A program made the translations under genes and the position numbers. From Sphaerochaetaceae bacterium (GTDB lineage: Bacteria > Spirochaetota > Spirochaetia > Sphaerochaetales > Sphaerochaetaceae), in contig JBMNGX010000005.1 of NCBI GenBank assembly GCA_050950065.1, positions 30,957 to 94,956 of the forward strand: a stretch of 64,000 bases of DNA, in the 5' to 3' direction. The notes below the pieces were generated by a model. That model was not told the origin of the DNA. It made no database searches and saw nothing but the letters and a program-made list of their open reading frames with translations. Position 1 is the first letter of the stretch. Every line of letters starts with the position of its first letter. Positions 18,417 to 27,595 of this stretch are shown in pieces.

Positions 18417-19334
18417 GTGGGATCGATTGCTGAATTTTTTCAACACTTTATGAATGGACTTACTTTAGGGGGTATTTACGCCTTAATTGCTTTAGGATAT
18501 ACGATGGTTTATGGGATATTAAAGTTCATTAACTTTGCCCATGGAGATATCTTAATGGTGGGTTCATACATAGGACTTTTCATCTTTGATGCAATCAGAG
18601 GGGAGAGCATTGGACCATTTACGTTATTAGCTTTCTTTTTAGCTATGTTGGGTGGAATGGCTTTCAGTGCTGCCTTAGGGGTAATCATTGAGCGTATTGC
18701 TTATAAACCGCTAAGAAATGCAACTCGCTTAGCTCCACTGCTTTCGGCAATTGGTGTCTCTTTTATTTTAAGTAACAGTGCAGCTTGGATGTGGGGAACT
18801 AAATCAAGAAAGTTAGCATACCCATTTGATAACACTCCAATAGTGTTTAAAGGGGTCTCTATCACCCCACACCAGATTCTAATTTTAATTGTTGTTGTAA
18901 TTATGATGATTAGCCTAAAGCTCTTTATTGACCGATCCAGAATTGGAAAGGCGATGAGGGCCACCAGCTTAGATCGTGATACTGCCAAGCTGATGGGAAT
19001 TGAATCAGATAAAATAATTGCAATCACCTTCGCAATTGGATCGGCCTTAGCTGCTACTGCAGGATTCTTATTGGCATTAGAGATTAAAGTTTACCCTTCA
19101 ATGGGAACAATGACAGGCCTTAAAGCCTTCGTTGCTGCCGTAGTAGGGGGAATTGGAAATATTTCAGGAGCTATGTTAGGGGGAATTTTGTTAGGTCTTT
19201 TAGAGACCTTTGGCGTTGCCATTTTAGGAATACCCTACGGATTAAAAGATACAATAGCTTTTGTTGCTCTAATAATTATTTTACTAGTAAAACCTGAAGG
19301 TTTATTAGGAAAAGCAGAAAAGGAGAAAGTGTAG
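18417..19334 (+). CDS. livH: branched-chain amino acid ABC permease LivH
   Basis: GTG start behind AAGGAG. 305-aa polytopic protein in the first permease position of a liv operon. Confidence 0.85.
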   Translation: MGSIAEFFQHFMNGLTLGGIYALIALGYTMVYGILKFINFAHGDILMVGSYIGLFIFDAIRGESIGPFTLLAFFLAMLGGMAFSAALGVIIERIAYKPLRNATRLAPLLSAIGVSFILSNSAAWMWGTKSRKLAYPFDNTPIVFKGVSITPHQILILIVVVIMMISLKLFIDRSRIGKAMRATSLDRDTAKLMGIESDKIIAITFAIGSALAATAGFLLALEIKVYPSMGTMTGLKAFVAAVVGGIGNISGAMLGGILLGLLETFGVAILGIPYGLKDTIAFVALIIILLVKPEGLLGKAEKEKV

Positions 19335-20233
19335 TGTTTAACTTCGTCCTTTTAATTTTTATTTATACAGGAATATATGCTCTGATGGCAGTTGGTCAAA
19401 ACTTGATCACAGGCTATGTAGGGCTTTTATCATTAACACAAGCTGGTTTTTTTGCAATTGGTAGTTATGCAACTGCAATTTTAAGTGTCACCTATGGGTG
19501 GAACTTTTGGTTAACTCTTCCAATAGCGGCCCTTATAGCTGGCGCTTTTGGTTTTTTAATTGGACTGCCCACTCTTAGATTAAAAGGGGATTACTTGGCA
19601 ATTGCCACCTTGGGATTTGGAGAGATTGTCCGTAACATTTTAAATAACTGGGACAGTTTAACAAACGGACCAATGGGCATTCAAAGAATTCCAATGGTCT
19701 CAATTTTTGGATTTAGAGTAAGTCCATACGACAAATGGGGCTTTTTACTCCTCGTTTGGATTTTTGTCTTTTTGGCCTACCTATTTTACGAAAGGATTGC
19801 AAAATCTAGAATGGGTAGAGCATTAGAGGCAATTAGAGAAGATGAGATTGCAGCAACTTCAATGGGAATTAACACAACCCGTTATAAAGTTTGGGCTTTT
19901 GTCTTTGGGGCTGCCATCGCTGGTGTTGCAGGATCACTACAAGCTGTATTTATCTTATCAGTAACACCATCAGTTTTCACTTTCATGGTCTCAATCATGG
20001 TTCTTTGTATGGTTGTTTTAGGGGGAATGGGAAATTTCAAAGCAGTTATTTTAGGTGCTTTTATTATCCAATTTATCTCATACTTCCCTCAGTTAACTGG
20101 ATTGTCAAACGTTATTCCTCCTCAATTCAAACAGGTTTTGTTTGGAGTTATTTTAGTAGTGATGATGATCTGGAGACCTCAAGGAATCTTAGGTAGACAA
20201 CAAAGAGGAAGGCTAGAGAAGGGAGAGAAGTAA
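19334..20233 (+). CDS. livM: branched-chain amino acid ABC permease LivM
   Basis: GTG start overlapping the livH stop. 299-aa polytopic protein in the second permease position. Confidence 0.85.
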   Translation: MFNFVLLIFIYTGIYALMAVGQNLITGYVGLLSLTQAGFFAIGSYATAILSVTYGWNFWLTLPIAALIAGAFGFLIGLPTLRLKGDYLAIATLGFGEIVRNILNNWDSLTNGPMGIQRIPMVSIFGFRVSPYDKWGFLLLVWIFVFLAYLFYERIAKSRMGRALEAIREDEIAATSMGINTTRYKVWAFVFGAAIAGVAGSLQAVFILSVTPSVFTFMVSIMVLCMVVLGGMGNFKAVILGAFIIQFISYFPQLTGLSNVIPPQFKQVLFGVILVVMMIWRPQGILGRQQRGRLEKGEK

Positions 20234-21012
20234 TGGTACTACTAGAAACTGAAAAACTAACTCGAGCCTTTGGCGGTGTTGTAGCTGTTAATAAAGTTAG
20301 CCTCCGCTTTAATGAGGGGTTAATTAGTGGTCTCATTGGTCCTAATGGAGCTGGTAAGACGACACTATTTAACAACATCACAGGTCTTGATAATCCCACT
20401 GGTGGAAAAGTTTACTACCAGGGGGTCGATATAACCAACAAAAGTGCCCACTCAATTTGTAGAATGGGAATTGCTCGCACCTTCCAAAACATTCGTCTTT
20501 TTAAAGAGCTCTCTGTATTAGAGAACGTTATGGTGGGCTTACATTTTTCTACAGGAACTAGTGCCACTAGAGGGCGCTTAGTTACAGCCATTAAAAGTTT
20601 TATCAACGTCAAAGATGAGTACAGTGAACTCAGAGAGAAGACGATGAAGTGGTTAGAGTTCTTCAAACTTGAAAAGTTGGCTAACGAAAAGGCAAGCAAC
20701 CTCCCTTATGGACACCAAAGGGAACTTGAAATAGCCCGTGCTTTAGCAACCGATCCTAAAATTTTATTTTTAGATGAGCCTGCTGCAGGGATGAATCCTT
20801 TTGAGACAGCTAACTTGATGAAAACTATTAGGCGAATTCGCGACTTAGGCGTAACAGTTGTTTTAATTGAGCACGATATGAAATTGGTTATGAGTATCTG
20901 CGATACAATCACAGTATTAAACTATGGCCAAAACATTGCACAAGGAACCCCTTCTGAAATCAGAAACAACCCAGCTGTAATTGAAGCTTATTTAGGGAAG
21001 GAAGAAGAATGA
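20233..21012 (+). CDS. livG: branched-chain amino acid ABC ATPase LivG
   Basis: Walker A GPNGAGKTT, Walker B LFLDEPAAG and the LivG-type C-terminus (NPAVIEAYLG). Confidence 0.9.
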   Translation: MVLLETEKLTRAFGGVVAVNKVSLRFNEGLISGLIGPNGAGKTTLFNNITGLDNPTGGKVYYQGVDITNKSAHSICRMGIARTFQNIRLFKELSVLENVMVGLHFSTGTSATRGRLVTAIKSFINVKDEYSELREKTMKWLEFFKLEKLANEKASNLPYGHQRELEIARALATDPKILFLDEPAAGMNPFETANLMKTIRRIRDLGVTVVLIEHDMKLVMSICDTITVLNYGQNIAQGTPSEIRNNPAVIEAYLGKEEE

Positions 21013-21779
21013 GTGAATTGTTAACTATTAATTCTATAAGTGTCTCGTACGGCAATATCCGAGCTCTAAGGGGCGTTAGTGTCCATGTTGAGCAAGGAGA
21101 TATAGTTTGTCTCATCGGAGCCAATGGAGCGGGTAAGAGCACCCTTTTAAAAGCAATTGTGGGATTAGAACCCATAACTACCGGCTCAATTAGTTACCAA
21201 GGCAATATAATTGCTGATTCAAAGTACACCGATAACAAAAGTCGTTTTGGTCTTCCTTCTCGTAGTACAAACCTTCGTACAGATCAAATTGCCTCTTTAG
21301 GGGTCTCTTTAGTACCTGAAGGGCGGCGTGTTTTTGCTGACATGAGTGTTGAAGAGAATTTAGATATGGGGGCTTTTTTAATCAAAGATGAGCAACAAAT
21401 AGCTCGTAAAAAAGAGGAGATGTACGACTTCTTCCCAATCTTAAAAGCTCGACGTAAACAAAAAACTCGCTCTCTAAGTGGAGGAGAGCAACAAATGATG
21501 GCTATCGCTCGTGCGTTGATGAGTTCTCCTAGACTTCTTTTACTAGATGAACCAGGACTTGGTTTAGCCCCTTTAATTATTCAAGATATCTTTGAGAAAA
21601 TTGCTATCATTAACAAAGAGGATAAAGTTACAATTTTCTTAGTTGAACAAAATGCTCGGATGGCTTTAAAAGCCTCAAAGCAAGGATATGTGATGGAGAA
21701 CGGAGAGATCGTACTTTCCGATCTTAGCTCTAACTTGTTAGAGAATGAGAAGGTGAAATCGGCTTATCTTGGGGAGTAA
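21009..21779 (+). CDS. livF: branched-chain amino acid ABC ATPase LivF
   Basis: Walker A GANGAGKST, signature LSGGEQQ and Walker B LLLDEP. Carries an insertion of about 17 aa after the Walker A region compared with typical LivF. Confidence 0.9.
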   Translation: MSELLTINSISVSYGNIRALRGVSVHVEQGDIVCLIGANGAGKSTLLKAIVGLEPITTGSISYQGNIIADSKYTDNKSRFGLPSRSTNLRTDQIASLGVSLVPEGRRVFADMSVEENLDMGAFLIKDEQQIARKKEEMYDFFPILKARRKQKTRSLSGGEQQMMAIARALMSSPRLLLLDEPGLGLAPLIIQDIFEKIAIINKEDKVTIFLVEQNARMALKASKQGYVMENGEIVLSDLSSNLLENEKVKSAYLGE

Positions 21780-21804
21780 AACATCTTTTACATAGGGAGT
21801 TGAA

Positions 21805-22608
21805 ATGGGCTACTTTGCCAAAGATGCTTTTAAAAGTGACATTTGTGTAGTTACTGGAGGCTCTGGTGCCTTAGGAAAAGAGATTGTTAGTCAGTGCGTT
21901 TCCTTAGGAGCTAAAGTTGCCATTTTAGATACCAATGAGAAACTTCCTAATGAGAATGCCCTTTTTATTAAATGTGATGTTTTAAATCAACAAGAAGTAA
22001 AAAATGCTTTAAAAGAGATTAAGAAGAAGCTGGGAGTGCCAACTGCTTTAGTAAACTGTGCAGGGGGAAACGATTCTAGTGCTACAACTGATCAGGAGTT
22101 TTACCAAGAAGATCAAAAGGGGAGAAGTTTCTTTGATTTAGAGATTGCCTCTTTAGAAAAAAACTTCAATCTAAATTATTTTGGCACCTTAATTCCCACT
22201 CAACTATTTGCATCAGAGATGGTAAAAGCCAATAAAGGTTCTATTGTCAACTTTGCTTCAGTGAGCTCTTTTAACCCCTTAACTAAAGTTGTCTCTTACT
22301 CTTCAGCAAAAGCAGCAATAGTGAACTTTACAAAGTGGTTGGCAATTCACTTAAGTAAAACAGATGTGCGTGTTAACGCAGTTGCCCCAGGTTTTGTGAT
22401 GACTGAACAACTAAAGTTTTTACATTTGGATAAAGAGGGTAATTTAACTAAAAGGGCAAAGAAGGTGGTAGAGCACACCCCATTGGGACGTTATGGCTCT
22501 AGTGATGAGATAGTTGGGGCAGTTTTATATCTCATTTCAGACTTGTCTAAATTTGTTACTGGTTCTATTTTAAGTGTGGATGGAGGGTTCTCCTCATACA
22601 CGATTTGA
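21805..22608 (+). CDS. SDR-family oxidoreductase
   Basis: Rossmann motif VTGGSGALG and catalytic YSSAK. Confidence 0.8.
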   Translation: MGYFAKDAFKSDICVVTGGSGALGKEIVSQCVSLGAKVAILDTNEKLPNENALFIKCDVLNQQEVKNALKEIKKKLGVPTALVNCAGGNDSSATTDQEFYQEDQKGRSFFDLEIASLEKNFNLNYFGTLIPTQLFASEMVKANKGSIVNFASVSSFNPLTKVVSYSSAKAAIVNFTKWLAIHLSKTDVRVNAVAPGFVMTEQLKFLHLDKEGNLTKRAKKVVEHTPLGRYGSSDEIVGAVLYLISDLSKFVTGSILSVDGGFSSYTI

Positions 22609-22678
22609 GTTCTTATTGATATGGAAATAAAAATGAGGGTGCGTTACAATCTTATAAGGCACTTCAGTGGAGGCTAAG

Positions 22679-23326
22679 ATGATAATTGGAAGAAGAATGA
22701 CACTAAATCCTGTGACAGCAACTCCCGACATGTCGGTTGCTGAAGCTTCAGCTTTAATGAAAAGGGAGCGTGTTCACCGTCTCCCTGTATTAGATAAAGA
22801 GCGTAAGCTCGTTGGAATAATTACCGAAAAAGATATTTTATACGCCTCTCCATCCCCTGTGAGTACCCTCTCAATTCATGAGATGGCATACCTTTTAAGC
22901 GAGTTGTTGGTGAAAAAGTTGATGACTAAAGATGTAGTTACTATTACTAAAAACACCACAGTTGAAGAGGCAGCGCGCTTGATGGTTGATCAAGATTTAT
23001 CTAGTTTGCCCGTTTTAGATGAGGGGGGCAAACTAATTGGAATTGTCTCTAAAAGTGATCTTTTTAAAATCTTATTGGAGTTGTTTGGAGCTAGGCATTG
23101 GGGGGTAAGAATCAGCTTCTTAGTTGAGGATAGACCTGGAACAATTGCCACAATAACTTCTTTGTTAGCAGAAAACGAAGTAGATATTATCTCATTTGGA
23201 ACATTCATGGGAACAGACTCTTCAAACGCTGTTTGTACGATTAAGATGCAAGGAATCGATAAGAGTAAAGCAGTCGACTTAATTAAACCTTTTGTAATGG
23301 AAGTATTGGATGTGCGTGAGGTTTAA
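22679..23326 (+). CDS. CBS-pair plus ACT domain protein (AcuB-like)
   Basis: Start at the ATG at 22679, behind GGAGG. Two CBS repeats (HRLPVLD..., LSSLPVLD...) followed by an ACT-like C-terminal domain. Confidence 0.7.
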   Translation: MIIGRRMTLNPVTATPDMSVAEASALMKRERVHRLPVLDKERKLVGIITEKDILYASPSPVSTLSIHEMAYLLSELLVKKLMTKDVVTITKNTTVEEAARLMVDQDLSSLPVLDEGGKLIGIVSKSDLFKILLELFGARHWGVRISFLVEDRPGTIATITSLLAENEVDIISFGTFMGTDSSNAVCTIKMQGIDKSKAVDLIKPFVMEVLDVREV

Positions 23327-23755
23327 ATGGACTTTGAAGAGATCTTAAGAAGGTGGGAAAATACACCAGAGGGGAAAAAAGCGGTTGAGGGCAACCGCTT
23401 TTCTCGTATCTTAGAGGAAAAAGATGCTGGTCTTGCCGCCTCTGACAAACCAAAAAATAAAAAAGGGGTTCGCCATCTCAAAGGGAAAAAAGCGAAGATG
23501 GTATTAGATCTTCACGGCTTCAGTGAATTAGAAGCCGAAAAAGAACTCTCATCCTTTATTGCCAAAGCTTTAGATCGCAACACCTACAAAGTTGAGATAG
23601 TTCACGGTAAAGGGCTTCACTCAGTTGATAACAAAGGGGTTTTAAAAGAGATGGTTTATGAGCATCTGAAAAGCTCACCTCAAGTGAGAGCATACGGTGC
23701 CATTATAAACGCAGATGGGCTTTCAGGTTCTGTATGGGTTGTTTTAAAGAGGTGA
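23327..23755 (+). CDS. Smr-domain protein
   Basis: C-terminal Smr signature (LDLHGFSELEA...VEIVHGKG). The ATG directly abuts the preceding stop. Confidence 0.75.
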   Translation: MDFEEILRRWENTPEGKKAVEGNRFSRILEEKDAGLAASDKPKNKKGVRHLKGKKAKMVLDLHGFSELEAEKELSSFIAKALDRNTYKVEIVHGKGLHSVDNKGVLKEMVYEHLKSSPQVRAYGAIINADGLSGSVWVVLKR

Positions 23756-23761
23756 TTTAAC

Positions 23762-23980
23762 TTAGCGCTCTCTGTAAATAATACGACCTCTAGTTAAATC
23801 GTAAGGGGAGAGGGCAACTCTAACAGTATCACCAGGGACAATTCTGATGTAGTGTTTTCTCATCTTGCCAGAAAGGTGGGCAAGAATCACGTGACCATTT
23901 TTTAATTCAACACGAAACATTGTGTTTGGGAGAGCTTCACGCACAATCCCTTCAACTTCTATAGCTTCTTCTTTAGCCAC
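23762..23980 (-). CDS. infA: translation initiation factor IF-1
   Basis: 72 aa, unmistakable IF-1 sequence ([13 protein letters not shown]...[10 protein letters not shown]...[14 protein letters not shown]...[12 protein letters not shown]). Confidence 0.97.
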   Translation of the reverse strand: MAKEEAIEVEGIVREALPNTMFRVELKNGHVILAHLSGKMRKHYIRIVPGDTVRVALSPYDLTRGRIIYRER

Positions 23981-24067
23981 AAATCCTCCAAATAGTTCTA
24001 GTTATATCAATTCTCTTAAAGTGTAGAAAATGGGCACCTTTTTGTCAACTAACTTACTAAAAAGGAG

Positions 24068-24093
24068 TTAGCTGCCACTTTCGTGGCAGCTAA
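24068..24093 (-). terminator. rho-independent terminator after the SNF transporter gene
   Basis: TTAGCTGCCAC-TTTC-GTGGCAGCTAA hairpin. The minus-strand side is followed by CTCCTTTTT. Confidence 0.7.
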
Positions 24094-24099
24094 GGAACT

Positions 24100-25488
24100 C
24101 TATTTTTTCAACATTGGGCCAAAGATATCGATGTATCCCATTATAAAGACAAAGATTACTAAAACTGGAAGGACATATTTCACATAGAACTTAGACCATT
24201 TGGGGAATTTGATTCCCTCACCAGTATCAGCCTCTTTAATAAAGTTGTCCCAGCCCCAACCTTTTTTAGTTGTAGCAAAGAGGAGGAAGATTAGAGAACC
24301 TAAAGGTAATAAGGTTGTACTTACAAAAAAGTCTTCTAAATCTAATACTCCACTTCCTGGACCTAGAGGTTGGAAAGAGGACCATTTGTTAAATCCTAAA
24401 ATAACAGGCATTGAGAGGATGATGATAGCAACAATGTTTACAATCACAGCTTTTTTTCGAGAGAAGTTTTTAACATCAATCCAATAGCTAACAATATTCT
24501 CAAATACTGCTACTAGGGTAGAAAGAGCAGCAAAGCTCATAAATGCAAAGAACAAAACTCCCCACAATCTTCCACCGCCCATTGAGTTAAAAATGTTTGG
24601 CAAAGTTATAAAAATAAGAGAAGGACCAGCATCAGGTTTAACTCCAAAAGCTAAAGCTGCGGGGAAAATGATTAAACCACTCATTAAAGCAACAAGGGTA
24701 TCTAGACCAACAATGCTTATAGATTCCCCAGTTAAAGAGCGCTCTTTGCCAATGTAGCTACCAAAGATAGCCATTGAACCAATTCCTAAGCTCAAGGTGA
24801 AGAAAGCTTGCCCCATCGCAGCATAAACAGTGTTCCAAAATCCACTTTCAAATAGACGCTTAAAGTTTGGTAATAGATAGAATTTTAATCCTTCAGAAGC
24901 TCCAGGTAGTGTTACCGACTTAATGACTAAGACTAACATAACTGCAAAAAGGGCACTCATCATATACATGGTGATCTTCTCAACCCCCTTTTGTAATCCT
25001 AATCCAACAATTCCCAACCCTAAAACGGTAGCTAGAACCATCCAAAATGTCATGTGGCCTGGAGAGTCTAACATTGCTCCAAAACTAGCACCAACTTGGC
25101 CAGGATCTAAACCGGTTAACGAGCCAGTTGCCATCTTCCAGAAATAGGCTAGCAACCAACCACTAACTGTGGTGTAGAACATCATTAAGACGTAGTTCCC
25201 AATTATTGCAATAGGACCGTAGATGTGCCATTTAGTCCCTTTTGGTTGTAAAGTCTTAAGGGCTATACCAATATTTTGTTGAGAAGCTCTACCAATGGCA
25301 AACTCCATTACCATAATGGGTAAGCCAAAGATTAAAAGGAACAAAATATAGATAAGGACAAATGCGCCTCCACCATGTTGTCCAGTTATGAAAGGAAAGC
25401 GCCATACGTTTCCTAACCCAATAGCACAGCCAGCTGATAAAAAGATAAAGCCGATACGACTAGCTAGTCGCTCCCTTTGTTGTGCCAT
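24100..25488 (-). CDS. sodium-dependent transporter, neurotransmitter:sodium symporter (SNF) family
   Basis: 462 aa with the SNF signature GLGNVWRFPF and about 11-12 TM segments. Confidence 0.85.
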   Translation of the reverse strand: MAQQRERLASRIGFIFLSAGCAIGLGNVWRFPFITGQHGGGAFVLIYILFLLIFGLPIMVMEFAIGRASQQNIGIALKTLQPKGTKWHIYGPIAIIGNYVLMMFYTTVSGWLLAYFWKMATGSLTGLDPGQVGASFGAMLDSPGHMTFWMVLATVLGLGIVGLGLQKGVEKITMYMMSALFAVMLVLVIKSVTLPGASEGLKFYLLPNFKRLFESGFWNTVYAAMGQAFFTLSLGIGSMAIFGSYIGKERSLTGESISIVGLDTLVALMSGLIIFPAALAFGVKPDAGPSLIFITLPNIFNSMGGGRLWGVLFFAFMSFAALSTLVAVFENIVSYWIDVKNFSRKKAVIVNIVAIIILSMPVILGFNKWSSFQPLGPGSGVLDLEDFFVSTTLLPLGSLIFLLFATTKKGWGWDNFIKEADTGEGIKFPKWSKFYVKYVLPVLVIFVFIMGYIDIFGPMLKK

Positions 25489-25621
25489 ATACCTCCTCCT
25501 TGTAGTGAACCTAATTCAACACTTTACATATATTAATATGATATAACAAGAGTTGTTACTCTATTTATTGACAATTATATGGTGTTAGGGGCACAATGCA
25601 ACACAATCAAGGAGTAATGAA

Positions 25622-27139
25622 ATGGCCAAGACCTCAATTTTAAAAGCTTATTTGGAAAATAGAAAAATCGAAGATGTAAATACCAACTTAGTTGCTTATT
25701 TAGCATCGCTAGAAAAGGTTGCTGAAGTTTCACCTTTGGTAGCGAAACACATAGTGCAAGAGCTGGTAGATCAAAGGACCCACCTAAAACTAATAGCTAG
25801 TGAAAACTTCAGCTCTTTAGCTGTTCAACTAACGATGGGGAACCTTCTAACTGACAAATATGCAGAGGGGTTTGCCTTTCACCGCTTCTATGCTGGATGT
25901 GATAACGTCGATGCAATTGAAGCTCACGGAACCGATTTGGCTAAAAAACTGTTTGGCTCTGAACACGCTTATATCCAACCACACAGTGGAGCCGATGCAA
26001 ACTTAGTTGCCTTTTGGGCAATTTTAAATACCAAAGTTCAAACTCCTATGTTAGAAGAGCTTGGAATTTTAAATCCAAGTGACTTAGATGACAAAATGTG
26101 GGCAAAAGTTCGCCAAGCTACAGGTAATCAACGCCTATTAGGACTAGATTACTACTCAGGAGGACACCTAACTCACGGCTATCGCCAAAATATTTCAGCT
26201 CACCTTTTTGAAGCTCACTCCTACACAGTTGATAAAGAAACGGGACTATTAGATTACGATGCAATTGAAAAACAAGCTTTAGAGCTTAAACCTCTAATAT
26301 TATTAGCAGGTTATAGTGCCTATCCTAGATTGATTGATTTTAAAAGGATGAGTGAGATTGCTAAAAAATCTAACTCGGTCTTCATGGTTGATATGGCCCA
26401 CTTTGCTGGCTTAGTTGCAGGGAAAGTGATGACCGATCAATACGATCCAATTAAGTGGGCAGATGTAGTTACAACAACCACTCACAAAACCTTACGTGGT
26501 CCTAGAGGGGGAATGGTCCTTTGTAAAGAGGAGTTTGCCGATGCTGTGGATAAGGGGTGCCCAATGGTTTTAGGAGGACCACTTCCTCATATGTTAGCTG
26601 CAAAGACAGTTGCTTTTACTGAAGCTCTGGAACCAAGTTTTTCCACCTATGCTCACAAAGTTGTAGAGAACTCTAAAGCCCTTGCCGCTGCTTTAATTAA
26701 AGAGGGTGTTGTTGTTGCCACAGGAGGTAGCGATAACCACTTGATGCTCATTGATGTGCGCCCCTTTAATTTAAACGGCCGACAAGCTGAAAGTGCCCTT
26801 AGAGAAAGTGGCATAACTTTAAATAGAAATGCTTTACCATTTGATCCTAATGGACCTTGGTACACCAGTGGTTTAAGAATTGGAACTCCCGCTATCACCT
26901 CATTGGGGATGGGGGTTAAAGAGATGGAAGAAGTTGCTGCAATTATTAAACTTGTTTTAAGCAACACAAAACCCACCACTATCACCAAAGGGGAGAAAAA
27001 AGGGGAACTTAGTAGAGCAAGATTTGTCACCGATAAAAACGCCATTACTAAAGCACGCCAAATGGTTCAATCTTTATTAGAGAGGTTTAACCTCTATCCA
27101 GAGCTTGATTTAAAGTGGTTGGACCATTATCGTAATTAG
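25622..27139 (+). CDS. glyA: serine hydroxymethyltransferase, long form
   Basis: PLP-lysine signature TTTTHKTLRGPRGG and LIASENF. At 505 aa it has N-terminal, internal and C-terminal extra segments compared with the usual ~415-aa enzyme. Confidence 0.9.
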   Translation: MAKTSILKAYLENRKIEDVNTNLVAYLASLEKVAEVSPLVAKHIVQELVDQRTHLKLIASENFSSLAVQLTMGNLLTDKYAEGFAFHRFYAGCDNVDAIEAHGTDLAKKLFGSEHAYIQPHSGADANLVAFWAILNTKVQTPMLEELGILNPSDLDDKMWAKVRQATGNQRLLGLDYYSGGHLTHGYRQNISAHLFEAHSYTVDKETGLLDYDAIEKQALELKPLILLAGYSAYPRLIDFKRMSEIAKKSNSVFMVDMAHFAGLVAGKVMTDQYDPIKWADVVTTTTHKTLRGPRGGMVLCKEEFADAVDKGCPMVLGGPLPHMLAAKTVAFTEALEPSFSTYAHKVVENSKALAAALIKEGVVVATGGSDNHLMLIDVRPFNLNGRQAESALRESGITLNRNALPFDPNGPWYTSGLRIGTPAITSLGMGVKEMEEVAAIIKLVLSNTKPTTITKGEKKGELSRARFVTDKNAITKARQMVQSLLERFNLYPELDLKWLDHYRN

Positions 27140-27169
27140 GTGTAATACCTTTATAAAGGAGTATTAAAA

Positions 27170-27556
27170 ATGAGTAATAACCCTACAGACTTACGCTATT
27201 CAAAAGAGCACCAATGGGCTCGCGTGGAAGATGATGTTGTTTATGTTGGCATCACCGATTATGCTCAAGACTCATTAGGGGAGGTAGTCTACGTGGATCT
27301 ACCAACAGTGGGTGATGAGTATGATGCATCTGAAGAGATTTCAACAGTTGAATCAGTTAAGACAACCAGCTCAATTTACAACCCAATTGCAGGAGTAGTA
27401 GCCTCTATCAACGAAGACTTAGAGGACTCACCCGAACTTATTAATGACGATCCTTATGAGAATTATATCTACACCCTTAAGGATGCCAACTTAGCTCAAC
27501 TAGATGATTTATTAAGTGCTAGTGAGTATGAAGAGTATATAAGAACACTAGATTAA
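27170..27556 (+). CDS. gcvH: glycine cleavage system H protein (lipoyl carrier)
   Basis: 128 aa with the lipoyl-lysine motif VESVKT and the YSKEHQW start. Confidence 0.9.
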   Translation: MSNNPTDLRYSKEHQWARVEDDVVYVGITDYAQDSLGEVVYVDLPTVGDEYDASEEISTVESVKTTSSIYNPIAGVVASINEDLEDSPELINDDPYENYIYTLKDANLAQLDDLLSASEYEEYIRTLD

Positions 27557-27595
27557 AAAGTTGCAGTTGCAATTGAGAAGTTGTATCCTAAAACT

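Noticed and set aside
20148-20399. Numerous 60-130-aa antisense or out-of-frame ORFs inside longer genes (for example 740-931, 3612-3884, 5821-6225, 9056-9376, 18701-19027, 26653-27045, 38886-39179, 41571-41915, 50991-51353)
   Set aside because: These are shadow ORFs fully embedded in well-supported family-assignable genes. They have no RBS and their composition is typical of antisense translation.
25489-25621. Possible glycine or THF riboswitch ahead of glyA-gcvH
   Set aside because: Only 133 nt, very AT-rich, and shared with a divergent promoter. I see none of the conserved GGAGAG/CACCG-type cores.
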